DNA from: an uncultured archaeon
GTDB lineage: Archaea > Asgardarchaeota > Thorarchaeia > Thorarchaeales > Thorarchaeaceae
NCBI GenBank assembly: GCA_964458565.1
Contig: CAYWJO010000002.1
Location: 190,335-216,811 of the forward strand
Direction: 5' to 3'
DNA length: 26,477 nucleotides
The notes beneath the pieces were generated by a model. That model made no database searches. It was not told the DNA's origin and saw nothing but the letters and a program-made list of their open reading frames with translations. Shown piece after piece: positions 16,925 to 25,530 of the stretch (its first letter is position 1; the number at the start of each line of letters is the position of its first letter). Position numbers and translations under genes: made by a program.

Positions 16925-17663
16925 ATACAATATTGAGCGTGTAAAGACAGGAATTCCGGGTCTAGATGACCTTATTGAAGGTGGGTTTCCAAAAGGAGAT
17001 ACTATTCTAATTGCTGGTAAAGCAGGAACTGGAAAAAGTATCCTGGCAACACAGTTTCTTTACAACGGTGCCACTCAATACAACGAATCTGGTGTATTAG
17101 TGACTTTAGAGGAATCACCACGTTTGATTAAACGTAACATGCTCAGATTTGGTATGGACTTGGAAGAACTTCAGAGAAAGAATATGCTAGCCATTGTCGA
17201 TCTCTCTCCCTCGAAAGGAGGTTCGCCTGTCACGATTGGTGAATATCCCAGTTTTGATCTCTCCGGACTTGAAGCAATAATACTCAATCATGCTCGAAAA
17301 CTCAATGCAACACGAATTGTACTAGACACCCTTTCAATCATGGCCTACAAGTTCAGAAGTCGTGATATCCTCCGAGAGGAATTCTTCAAGCTCTGTGCCA
17401 ACATCACTCGTGAAGGATGCACACTTCTTCTTACAAGTGAAATCCCTGCACAAGAATCAGGTCTTGGAGTATTTGATATTGAAGCATTCTTAGCTTCAGG
17501 TGTCATCGTTCTCTACAATGAGAAGATAAGCGAAACTTCAAGGTCTCGGAGCATTGAAGTACTCAAACTGAGAGGGTCAAAACATAGTTCAAGAATTCAC
17601 TCAATGCGAATAACTGATGAAGGTATACGGGTATGGCCTGGTGAGATTAGCCCCGGTCACTAA
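16917..17663 (+). CDS. Single-domain KaiC-like (RAD55/RecA-superfamily) ATPase, CI-like
   Basis: RVKTGIPGLDDLIEGGFP, Walker A GKAGTGKS, catalytic LEE, Walker B IVLDTLS, LLTSE and R.IEVLKLRGSKH. Confidence 0.92.
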   Translation: MSEYNIERVKTGIPGLDDLIEGGFPKGDTILIAGKAGTGKSILATQFLYNGATQYNESGVLVTLEESPRLIKRNMLRFGMDLEELQRKNMLAIVDLSPSKGGSPVTIGEYPSFDLSGLEAIILNHARKLNATRIVLDTLSIMAYKFRSRDILREEFFKLCANITREGCTLLLTSEIPAQESGLGVFDIEAFLASGVIVLYNEKISETSRSRSIEVLKLRGSKHSSRIHSMRITDEGIRVWPGEISPGH

Positions 17664-17696
17664 AATCATATCAGTAACTTCATTTAGTTAGGAAGA

Positions 17697-18389
17697 TTGG
17701 AGCCAAGTGTAATGGTACCCACGAAAATTCAACCAACGATAGGCGACCTTGTGAAGTTTGGTCAACTTACACAAGTTTCTTACATGCTAGTTGGTCCTCT
17801 TGGTTCCGGGAAAACCACATACGGGGAGGCTTTCATAGGTGAAGGTATTGAATTGGGTTTTCCTGGTGTCTTTGTAACAACCGATGTTTCACCACGTGTC
17901 ATTCGAAATGATATGAGCCGGCATGGATGGCCTGTGGATGAATACGAGCAAGAAGGAAAATTAGTTTTCATTGACGGTTACTCTGAACGAATGGGTGCTC
18001 CTAGGGCAGGAATGGCAAGGACGCTCTCAAAGGTCGATGACATAAGTGAACTTGGAATTGTATTGTCCGAGGTTCTTGAAAAATTAGTAGTTGCACGAGT
18101 TGTGATAGATAGTCTCTCTACGCTGATACTGCATTCTACTCCCGCCGCAATGCCAAGAGCTGTACAAAGGCTTAGTGGACGTGTTACACAGTCTTCTCAT
18201 AGTATAATGTATATCTTGGAGGAAGGAGTGCATGAAGAAACGACATATGCCACATTTTCATACCTTGCCGATGCTGTACTTAGATTCAAAGTTGATGATA
18301 CCGGTGACTACCCTATACATAAGGTTAGAATGGAACGAATGAGAGGAACTGAAACATCTCGTGTCTGGCATGATTTCGTACTAAACTAA
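17697..18389 (+). CDS. Second single-domain KaiC-like ATPase, degenerate
   Basis: Walker A GPLGSGKT; VTTDVSP in place of the EE motif; FIDGYS; Walker B VVIDSLS; SYLADAVL; RMRG. Confidence 0.85.
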   Translation: MEPSVMVPTKIQPTIGDLVKFGQLTQVSYMLVGPLGSGKTTYGEAFIGEGIELGFPGVFVTTDVSPRVIRNDMSRHGWPVDEYEQEGKLVFIDGYSERMGAPRAGMARTLSKVDDISELGIVLSEVLEKLVVARVVIDSLSTLILHSTPAAMPRAVQRLSGRVTQSSHSIMYILEEGVHEETTYATFSYLADAVLRFKVDDTGDYPIHKVRMERMRGTETSRVWHDFVLN

Positions 18390-18461
18390 GAAGGTCATAC
18401 TCTGAAACCTTTTTAATCGAATCCAACGAATGAAAATAACATTCAAAGAGGAGCGGACACA

Positions 18462-20759
18462 TTGGAATCATTTATGGTTGTCACATTGCGGGAGATTCTT
18501 TGCGGTTCTCTCTCTCTTGATGACGGTCTCTCCGCAATTCAAAATGCTGCAATAACCCGATCTGAAGAGCCTGATATAGTATTCGAAATTGCCCGTGCCA
18601 TTGAAGAGATTCTCCTCAGACGCCCCACAATCGCGAATGCTAAATTAACAGAATTAACAGTACGCCTATCGTTCAGAAAAGATCGGACCATACCTGAGAT
18701 GATTATGCTCTTTGATACAAGGTTTACGTGTAGCCATAGACGCGCTGAAACCGAATTTCTTGCTGATATGGATGCAATCCCCCAACTATTGGATATTCTT
18801 GGTGAGCTCTCACAGGCCATTAATTCCGCATTAAAACTCAACCTTCGACCTTTACTTCAATTTTTAGCAGAGGAAACCCTCACAACTCTAAATTCCATTG
18901 TTGATAGAGGGCATAAGGGATCAATAGATTTGGCATTACATGAAATACATTATTTAGCTGATATCCTGATAGATACAGGTTTCTTTGAAGGCGCTGAATT
19001 ATTATTTGAAAGAGTACTCTCAATTGCTCAAGAGATGGATATGGTTGATTTTGTATTTGAAGTATCGCTCGGATATGCTTCTGTATTGACTGAGTTGCGG
19101 AGGTATGAACAAGCTCGTTCTCTTTTGAAGCGTTTAGAATCTGAATTATCACCTAATCAGAATACCAGAATGGCAGCTCTTAAACTTCTACTCGCAATCA
19201 ATGAAACAAGAGATGATGACGCTCCCTTTCAAACTGCTCGTGATTATAGTGATGAAGCGATTAACTTGCATGAAAAGGCAGTGATGGCGGGTTCCTTACG
19301 GTTGGAAGATCTAGGTCTTGCTCATCTGGTTATTGGCTCATGCATTCTTTACAATGGATGGAGAGAAGCAGTTCCACAAGCTGTTGAGCGATTGACCTCC
19401 GGTTTGCGAGTAATTGAGGGGATTAATGACCCCAGTCTGGAAACATCTCTTCATTTGGTCAAATGTCTCTCGGGACTAGGTTTTGCTCATGGGCTCATGG
19501 CAGATCATGACAGCATTACTCTAAGCTTGGAGTATTTAGAACGAGCTGAATCTATCTTGAACACACTCTCCGAGAATGGGCAAACATACGAGTTTGAAAT
19601 CTCATGTGTAGAGAATGCAATTGGTTGGATTTGTCTTTCATCAGATTCAAATGAACATTGGTCTCGAGGTTGTGAGGGTTTTGATAGGGCTATTTCCATT
19701 CGGAAAAATCTGTTGGAACAAGGATCAATATCTCCATTAGCTTTGTTTGGAAGTCAACTTGGACTTGCACTTTCGAAATTACGTATGAATCGCTCTTCTG
19801 ATGATGCGGTATATAATGAGATTCGAAATACTATCGCGCAATACATCCCACTATTTCACACAGATGAACGTGCATTCGTAGATGTCGCTATTGCAATCTA
19901 TGATGTTGTGTGGTTGACATATCGACATAATGAGAAAATCACTCCTCGTCTTCTGCGTCTCCTCGAAGATGTCGACACTATGTTAATGGATGCAAGAGTC
20001 GAAGACGAATCTGGTTTCATAGATAGTGTTTCTCTTGTCGTCCCTTATATGAGCTCAAGCTGGTCAACTCTATACAACCGATCTGACCGTATAGCAAAAT
20101 CAAAAACAACTCTAAGTGACATATCCGCACTCCTTAGAGGGTTGGCTACATCAAAGTTGAATGTTGATTCATCAAGTCTCGAAGCTGGAATACGAGTTAT
20201 TCCACCCGTTGATACAGCCGCTAGAGGTATAGATCCACTACTTGCACAATATTGGGAAGGTCAGACAAAACTTGCAGAAACAGTGAAAAACTTCTATGAA
20301 AATAAGAACTACCCAGAACTTGCTGAAGGTTTGTATAGATCTTCACAAATGTTAACTAAGGTGTCCGATATCTCTACAGATTTCATGGAATCCGTAGAAT
20401 TCATCCAAGCTACAGTTATGTCTCTCTCCTCAGTTCTATTTCGATTTGCTAGAGCATTGAAGGAATTTTATGATATTGATTTTTCTGAGTTACCTGGTGA
20501 TGAGCGAATATTGAGCGATGATGATGATCGTTATGATTTCATTCTATCTGAAGACTGGCTCAATTTGATGAAGATAACTGAGTCATATCTGCAAATGGTT
20601 GAGCAGTCCGAAACCATCCAAGCACAGCCCTATCTTAATGCTGTATTCTCTAACATCTCTCGAGCCCTTCGAATGATGGATCGCATATCAATGGTAGATA
20701 GAAGAGTATTAGCCCGATTGGGCGTTGAGATGAATCGTCGGTATTATCTTAGAGCTTGA
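18462..20759 (+). CDS. Large all-helical TPR/alpha-solenoid-like protein
   Basis: TPR-like segments (LADILIDTGFFEGAELLFERVL, YASVLTELRRYEQARSLL, LSGLGFAHG…SLEYLERA); Leu/Ala-rich, with no catalytic motif seen. Confidence 0.62.
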   Translation: MESFMVVTLREILCGSLSLDDGLSAIQNAAITRSEEPDIVFEIARAIEEILLRRPTIANAKLTELTVRLSFRKDRTIPEMIMLFDTRFTCSHRRAETEFLADMDAIPQLLDILGELSQAINSALKLNLRPLLQFLAEETLTTLNSIVDRGHKGSIDLALHEIHYLADILIDTGFFEGAELLFERVLSIAQEMDMVDFVFEVSLGYASVLTELRRYEQARSLLKRLESELSPNQNTRMAALKLLLAINETRDDDAPFQTARDYSDEAINLHEKAVMAGSLRLEDLGLAHLVIGSCILYNGWREAVPQAVERLTSGLRVIEGINDPSLETSLHLVKCLSGLGFAHGLMADHDSITLSLEYLERAESILNTLSENGQTYEFEISCVENAIGWICLSSDSNEHWSRGCEGFDRAISIRKNLLEQGSISPLALFGSQLGLALSKLRMNRSSDDAVYNEIRNTIAQYIPLFHTDERAFVDVAIAIYDVVWLTYRHNEKITPRLLRLLEDVDTMLMDARVEDESGFIDSVSLVVPYMSSSWSTLYNRSDRIAKSKTTLSDISALLRGLATSKLNVDSSSLEAGIRVIPPVDTAARGIDPLLAQYWEGQTKLAETVKNFYENKNYPELAEGLYRSSQMLTKVSDISTDFMESVEFIQATVMSLSSVLFRFARALKEFYDIDFSELPGDERILSDDDDRYDFILSEDWLNLMKITESYLQMVEQSETIQAQPYLNAVFSNISRALRMMDRISMVDRRVLARLGVEMNRRYYLRA

Positions 20760-20770
20760 TGTAAAATACT

Positions 20771-22840
20771 CTAGTTCGATGCTTTTCTATAGACTCCCGG
20801 TTTTGCTCCCCATGTTGCCCAACCTGATGTTTCTGTCCTCATCTCGTTAGCCAACCCGAATGACTCTCTAACAGGAATTTCAGCATGAATTTTGTATAGT
20901 GTCCGCTCTGAGTCTATTTCAAGTACATGTCCCTTTCTCTTAGCTAGTATCGTTGTCAAGACTCCAACATATTCCTCCGGACTCGAGATTTCAAGATTCA
21001 GCCACGGTTCATACAATTCCGGCTTTCCTGAGAGAATACTATCTCGTGCTGTCTGTATAAATGGCTGAGTTATATCCCTCCATGATGTTTCTGGTTCATT
21101 ACTAACAATCTGCGCCTCGGTGATTATCAACATTACACCTCGCATTCGTTCTCCCGAAACAGGTCCATATCTCATAATATATCTGAAGCCTTCAGATATC
21201 CATTCGAATTCGGTCTGAGTTTTTGCTATCTTCCCTGTAGCATCAAAGAGGAAACATCCTGCTGCAGGTACTGAATCTATAATCTTGTTATCATCAATTT
21301 CAGTATGATTCTCTGAAATGACTGCCTGAATGACGAAATGGCTTCCATCAGACTGAGCTGATTTCATGGGTTTTCCATCCACTTTCATTTGTTCTTTCAA
21401 GACAACCATTGGCTTTCCAAGCTTCACACCCACACCTAATCTGGAAATCTTTTCAATACTGATTTCTATATGTAGCTCCCCTGCACCAGATAGCAGTAAC
21501 TCTCCTGTTTCAGGGTTGATCTCAAAATATAGGGCTGGATCTGTTTCAACGTATTCTGATATTGGTACTTCTATCTTTGATAGATCTGTTAATCTCTGAG
21601 GTTCGAGTGTATAAGTTACAACGGGCTCTGTTGGATATTGCAGCTCACTGATTGGAATGAAGCTCTCTTTGTAATCTGTAAGAGTATCCCCAATTGCTAT
21701 ATCTTTCACTCCTGATATAAATGCCAAATTACCAGCTGGTACTTCTGTAAGTGCGACTCGTGTTTTCGACATTGAGATTCCTATTTGTAGAGTTTTATCT
21801 TCCCTTCCAGTCCTAAGGTTGCGTAATGACTTCCCCCGAATCAATGTACCTGACAAAATTCTGGCACCCGCTACGATTCCCGTGTGTCTATCATGTTGGA
21901 CATCCACTACCTGAAGTATGCAAGGACCATTTGGATCACAGTTTCTCAGGGCTTGTCCTACCTCTGATTCAATATCGCCTTTCCATATTGAAGGCATCCG
22001 ATAGTGCTGAGCATCTCTTGGGTTAGGTATTGATACAACAATAGAATCCAGAACTGCCTTAGCAATCGGATAGCGCTCAGATAGTATCTTTTCTTTCCCC
22101 TGCAAGTATAAATCAACTATTTCCACGAGAATTTCACGAAATGCCTTCGCTAGTTCTTTAGGTTCTATACTACCAGCTCTAGTTTGAAGATTATCAAGTC
22201 CAAATCCCCATTTATCGAGCGCAGAACCAATCGTTAAAGACCGCTTATGAAAAGAGACCTCCCATTTCTCATGGATTTCTTCATCAAGGTATTTTCCAAG
22301 CATCCCGTTGAATTCCAACACGATTCTGTTTATTTCTGTAGCAATTTTCTTTGCATCCATTCTTTTCTCTTTGATAAGACGATCAACTTTGTTAATTACT
22401 AACAACGGGTGTACAAATTCCTTCATAGCTTGACGAGTGACTGTTTCTGTTTGAACCATAATTCCCTCAATCGCATCAACAACTATTATAGCTCCATCTG
22501 TCAATCTTAGTCCCCGAGTTACATGAGATGAGAAATCTATATGCCCTGGAGTATCAACTAGGTGAATTAGATAATCCCTTTCTTCAAATCGATGAATAAG
22601 TGAAATATTTGAAGCTTTGATGGTGATACCTCTGTCCTGCTCTATCATATCATAATCGAGGAGTCGTGCAGTAGCTGCTATTTCCTTTGATAATAAGCCC
22701 GACTCCGCTATAAGCGAATCAGTTAAGGTGGTCTTTCCATGATCGATGTGGGCGATTACTGTGCAATTTCTGATAAGATCTATTTCTTTCACAATCTTGG
22801 TTATCCGTTCATTTACGAACTTTTTATACAAATGCGACAC
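20771..22840 (-). CDS. Translation elongation factor EF-2 paralog lacking the diphthamide HRG loop
   Basis: AHIDHGKTT, RGITI, DTPGHIDF, NKVD, GAGELHIE, EIPVRESFG…MRTETSG. The domain IV loop reads SNEPETSWRDI rather than H..HRG, and the C-terminus is short. Confidence 0.9.
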   Translation of the reverse strand: MSHLYKKFVNERITKIVKEIDLIRNCTVIAHIDHGKTTLTDSLIAESGLLSKEIAATARLLDYDMIEQDRGITIKASNISLIHRFEERDYLIHLVDTPGHIDFSSHVTRGLRLTDGAIIVVDAIEGIMVQTETVTRQAMKEFVHPLLVINKVDRLIKEKRMDAKKIATEINRIVLEFNGMLGKYLDEEIHEKWEVSFHKRSLTIGSALDKWGFGLDNLQTRAGSIEPKELAKAFREILVEIVDLYLQGKEKILSERYPIAKAVLDSIVVSIPNPRDAQHYRMPSIWKGDIESEVGQALRNCDPNGPCILQVVDVQHDRHTGIVAGARILSGTLIRGKSLRNLRTGREDKTLQIGISMSKTRVALTEVPAGNLAFISGVKDIAIGDTLTDYKESFIPISELQYPTEPVVTYTLEPQRLTDLSKIEVPISEYVETDPALYFEINPETGELLLSGAGELHIEISIEKISRLGVGVKLGKPMVVLKEQMKVDGKPMKSAQSDGSHFVIQAVISENHTEIDDNKIIDSVPAAGCFLFDATGKIAKTQTEFEWISEGFRYIMRYGPVSGERMRGVMLIITEAQIVSNEPETSWRDITQPFIQTARDSILSGKPELYEPWLNLEISSPEEYVGVLTTILAKRKGHVLEIDSERTLYKIHAEIPVRESFGLANEMRTETSGWATWGAKPGVYRKASN

Positions 22841-22846
22841 TCAGAA

Positions 22847-23434
22847 CTACCTGACCTTGAGATAATCACTTGTTGGAATCTGAATATTCTCCCCACATTT
22901 AGAGCATTGGAAGATAACATTGTTGTCTGTTTCTTCAAGAATTAGTTTCAGAGGTTTTCCGCACTTACACACAAAGCCCACAAGTCTGGCTGGGTTTCCA
23001 ATAACTAATCCATGATTTGGTACATCACGAGTCACAATCGCACCGCTTCCAATCATTGAGTATTCTCCAAGAACGTGATTGCAAATGACTACTGCATGTG
23101 CTCCTATTGACGCGCCTCTCTTGACGAGAGTATTCGATACCTCCCAAGTTTCACCAAATGCACGGGGGTAGAGATCGTTAGTAAACGTCATATGAGGTCC
23201 ACAAAACACATCATCCTCTATTGTCACACCATGGTAGACTGATACACCATTCTGGATTTTTACACGATTGCCTATCTTTACATCTGCATCAACATAGACT
23301 CCTTTTCCAATGTTGCATTCAGACCCAATCTCAGCAGTCCCTCTAATATGTGCAAAATGCCAGATTTTTGTGCCCTTGCCAATCTTGGCTCCTTCATCTA
23401 CAACAGCAAGTTCATGGACGAAATAGTCATTCAT
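22847..23434 (-). CDS. Hexapeptide-repeat N-acetyltransferase (WbpD/WlbB-like) with C-terminal Zn ribbon
   Basis: FVHELAVVD.GA.IG.GTKIWHF, VKIQN.VSVY.GV, FTND.YPRA, GNPAR..G.VC.CG…C..CG. The likely start is ATG 23434; the longer ORF overlaps the Lrp gene. Confidence 0.88.
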   Translation of the reverse strand: MNDYFVHELAVVDEGAKIGKGTKIWHFAHIRGTAEIGSECNIGKGVYVDADVKIGNRVKIQNGVSVYHGVTIEDDVFCGPHMTFTNDLYPRAFGETWEVSNTLVKRGASIGAHAVVICNHVLGEYSMIGSGAIVTRDVPNHGLVIGNPARLVGFVCKCGKPLKLILEETDNNVIFQCSKCGENIQIPTSDYLKVR

Positions 23435-23498
23435 ATGGCTCACACACTGGAGCCAAGCGTTTATCGAATTAACTCTTTCCCCCTTTTCCACTTCCACA

Positions 23499-24110
23499 TC
23501 ATGCTTCCTTACTTGCCCACAATTTTCCAGAATAGACATCACTTTCAGGACAGCCAACACACTTTTTCATCTGATGGCGTTTACAGCTGCTACAAAGACA
23601 CCCACACTCATCTAGATTCTTATCTTCATTAGATGGTGCTAGGTCAAGTGGAAGAAATTCTGGTATAACGGGAGCATTTCCAAACCAGGTTTCAGACCTT
23701 CTAATCCCCTCTTCTACTCTCATACTACAAGTGCCCAGCATCGACTCAAGAGAATCAAGATCCTCTGCAACCATTACAGCAAAAAGATTGTACCGACCAG
23801 TTACCGGTGCCAGCATTAAAAGACGTGGGCAGGTGCGATACTTTTTAATTATTCGATCTGTAACCTCAATTGTTTCAGTTTCAAGACCCAAGAAAATAAC
23901 TTTGACATCTAAGCTTTCTACATTGACTGCAGCTGTTATCTTGACAAGACCGTCCTTCTTCAGCTTGTCAAGTCTTTTACTAATGGCTACATGTGACATG
24001 TTGTCTAATTGCTCGCCGATTTTTGAGAGTGATACTCTACCATCCTCATAGAGTATAGACACAATCTTCTTGTCCTTATCATCCATTGTTCTTTTCTTGG
24101 ATTCAGTCAT
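23499..24110 (-). CDS. Lrp/AsnC-family transcription regulator with Cys-rich C-terminal extension
   Basis: MDDKDKKIV..L..DGR.SLS.IG…V.KRLDKL...G HTH; VTGRYNL RAM-domain motif; tail CGCLCSSC-x7-CVGCP. Confidence 0.88.
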   Translation of the reverse strand: MTESKKRTMDDKDKKIVSILYEDGRVSLSKIGEQLDNMSHVAISKRLDKLKKDGLVKITAAVNVESLDVKVIFLGLETETIEVTDRIIKKYRTCPRLLMLAPVTGRYNLFAVMVAEDLDSLESMLGTCSMRVEEGIRRSETWFGNAPVIPEFLPLDLAPSNEDKNLDECGCLCSSCKRHQMKKCVGCPESDVYSGKLWASKEA

Positions 24111-24129
24111 TAAACCACCACTCTTTTAC

Positions 24130-24148
24130 AGGTTAACAGTGGTAACCT
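24130..24148. promoter_or_regulatory. Palindromic operator candidate upstream of the Lrp gene
   Basis: Perfect inverted repeat AGGTTA-N7-TAACCT, 20-38 nt upstream of the start and just downstream of a minus-strand TTTTAA TATA-like element (about 24165-24170). Confidence 0.5.
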
Positions 24149-24187
24149 TTTGGAGTCTTATTAGTTAAAAATCCTATGAATTCGTAC

Positions 24188-24820
24188 CTATATTAGTTCA
24201 GCTTTTTCCCAATCATGATGATAGATGTGAGCGTTAACTGATAGTGTTGTGATACTTCCGGCGTTGAATTGTGTTCTATCTGATACATGAATCAAGAGTT
24301 CCGTCAATGCATAGACATTGGCAGGCCATGCACCAAACATATCATTTGATCGAATTGATACTGTCAGGTCTAACACATTTTGCCTTTTCATAAACACGAA
24401 GTGATTTAGACATGGGACCTCCTCTGCTTTTTCATCAACTCTTGGATCCCAGAGATTTGCTACAGCTCTACGACTGTGCGGAGAATGAACTAATTTTTCC
24501 ACAATGTAATCAATCTGGTTTATTTCTTCCTTTCCCCACGCATTCAGACGTTCACCGTAAGTGTATTCAAAGTCCAAGCGGTCTGGAGTCAAGAGCTGAG
24601 TTGCATATTTCTCCTTCAAGACTCTCTCACTGAAAGGGTATTGTTCACTCACTCGATTGTTGAACGGATCTTTTACATGAATCATCACACTGTCTAACCA
24701 TTTGGTCTTTAATCCGCGTTCATCAATACGGACAATGCCATCCTTCATGATTTTCTTGACAACTCTTATCCAAGCATCTACTGGTGTGTTTCCACGAATA
24801 TACATGGGCATGGTAATCAA
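24188..24820 (-). CDS. thyA: Thymidylate synthase, archaeal ThyA type
   Basis: F.YTYGERL, NQIDYI, SRRAVA..WDP..D, catalytic VPCL, RSNDMFGAWPAN and NAHIY. The start could be ATG 24811. Confidence 0.9.
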   Translation of the reverse strand: MITMPMYIRGNTPVDAWIRVVKKIMKDGIVRIDERGLKTKWLDSVMIHVKDPFNNRVSEQYPFSERVLKEKYATQLLTPDRLDFEYTYGERLNAWGKEEINQIDYIVEKLVHSPHSRRAVANLWDPRVDEKAEEVPCLNHFVFMKRQNVLDLTVSIRSNDMFGAWPANVYALTELLIHVSDRTQFNAGSITTLSVNAHIYHHDWEKAELI

Positions 24821-25227
24821 CTATTTTCTCTTACTACATCAGTGTTGGATTCGAAGTGGCTTTAACTCTATTCTTGAAGTTTGAATCATACTTCAAAGGT
24901 AATTTGGACAAAAGGATTGAATTTCGCGCCAAATATGAACACGATGCATGTTCTATTTTTTGGTAGTTTTTACTAGATATTTGTGCTTCTCAGCTTGCCT
25001 TTTTCTGCACAAAAGTGGTGATGGGTTGGACAGAATATCGATTAGTCTTGACGAGTTTAATAGGGGTTGTTCGAAAAATGAAGATGAAGAATTGAGTCCC
25101 ACACTCATTCCCCTCTAGAGGCAAAAAAATGCAGTATCTAGCGTTTTCCAATCACGACAAGCCTTATTATTGGTGGGCGGTACTTCTCAAGATGCCGTCG
25201 CTCTTGCGAAGGAGGAATTTGTAGCCC

Positions 25228-25527
25228 ATGCCGGGAGGACAGACAACACCACATGCTATACTGTATATCATAACACAGGAGAATTGTGTGAATTGTCCTG
25301 CAGCAAAAGCTATTGTTACTGAAGCAATCACTGAAACTCCGTTCTCCTACGAAGAAATCGACCTCCTAAACATGGATCCGGATTTTGAATTTAAATTACT
25401 AGAGAATCAGATTTTCATAGCATCAACACCAAGCATCATTCTTGACAAAGAAGGAGCACTTCAGTTACTCTATAGTGGAAGTATTCCCTCGGTAGAAGAC
25501 ATACGAAGAGTTTTGGGGAGTAGATGA
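25228..25527 (+). CDS. Thioredoxin/glutaredoxin-like (NrdH-like) redoxin
   Basis: CVNCP motif and ASTPSII cis-Pro loop; GGAGG RBS upstream; directly precedes nrdD. Confidence 0.8.
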   Translation: MPGGQTTPHAILYIITQENCVNCPAAKAIVTEAITETPFSYEEIDLLNMDPDFEFKLLENQIFIASTPSIILDKEGALQLLYSGSIPSVEDIRRVLGSR

Positions 25528-25530
25528 TTC

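Noticed and set aside
16589-18389. A bona fide circadian kaiABC clock
   Set aside because: There is no kaiA, both ATPases are single-domain, and the canonical Ser-Thr phosphosite pair is incomplete; reported only as a KaiB/KaiC-like module.
23435-23560. N-terminal 42 codons of the acetyltransferase ORF
   Set aside because: They overlap the Lrp gene end and the intergenic gap; family-like sequence starts at MNDYFVH.
24970-24986. NrdR box
   Set aside because: TACTAGATATTTGTG resembles the bacterial consensus but has an extra base and no tandem partner at the usual spacing.
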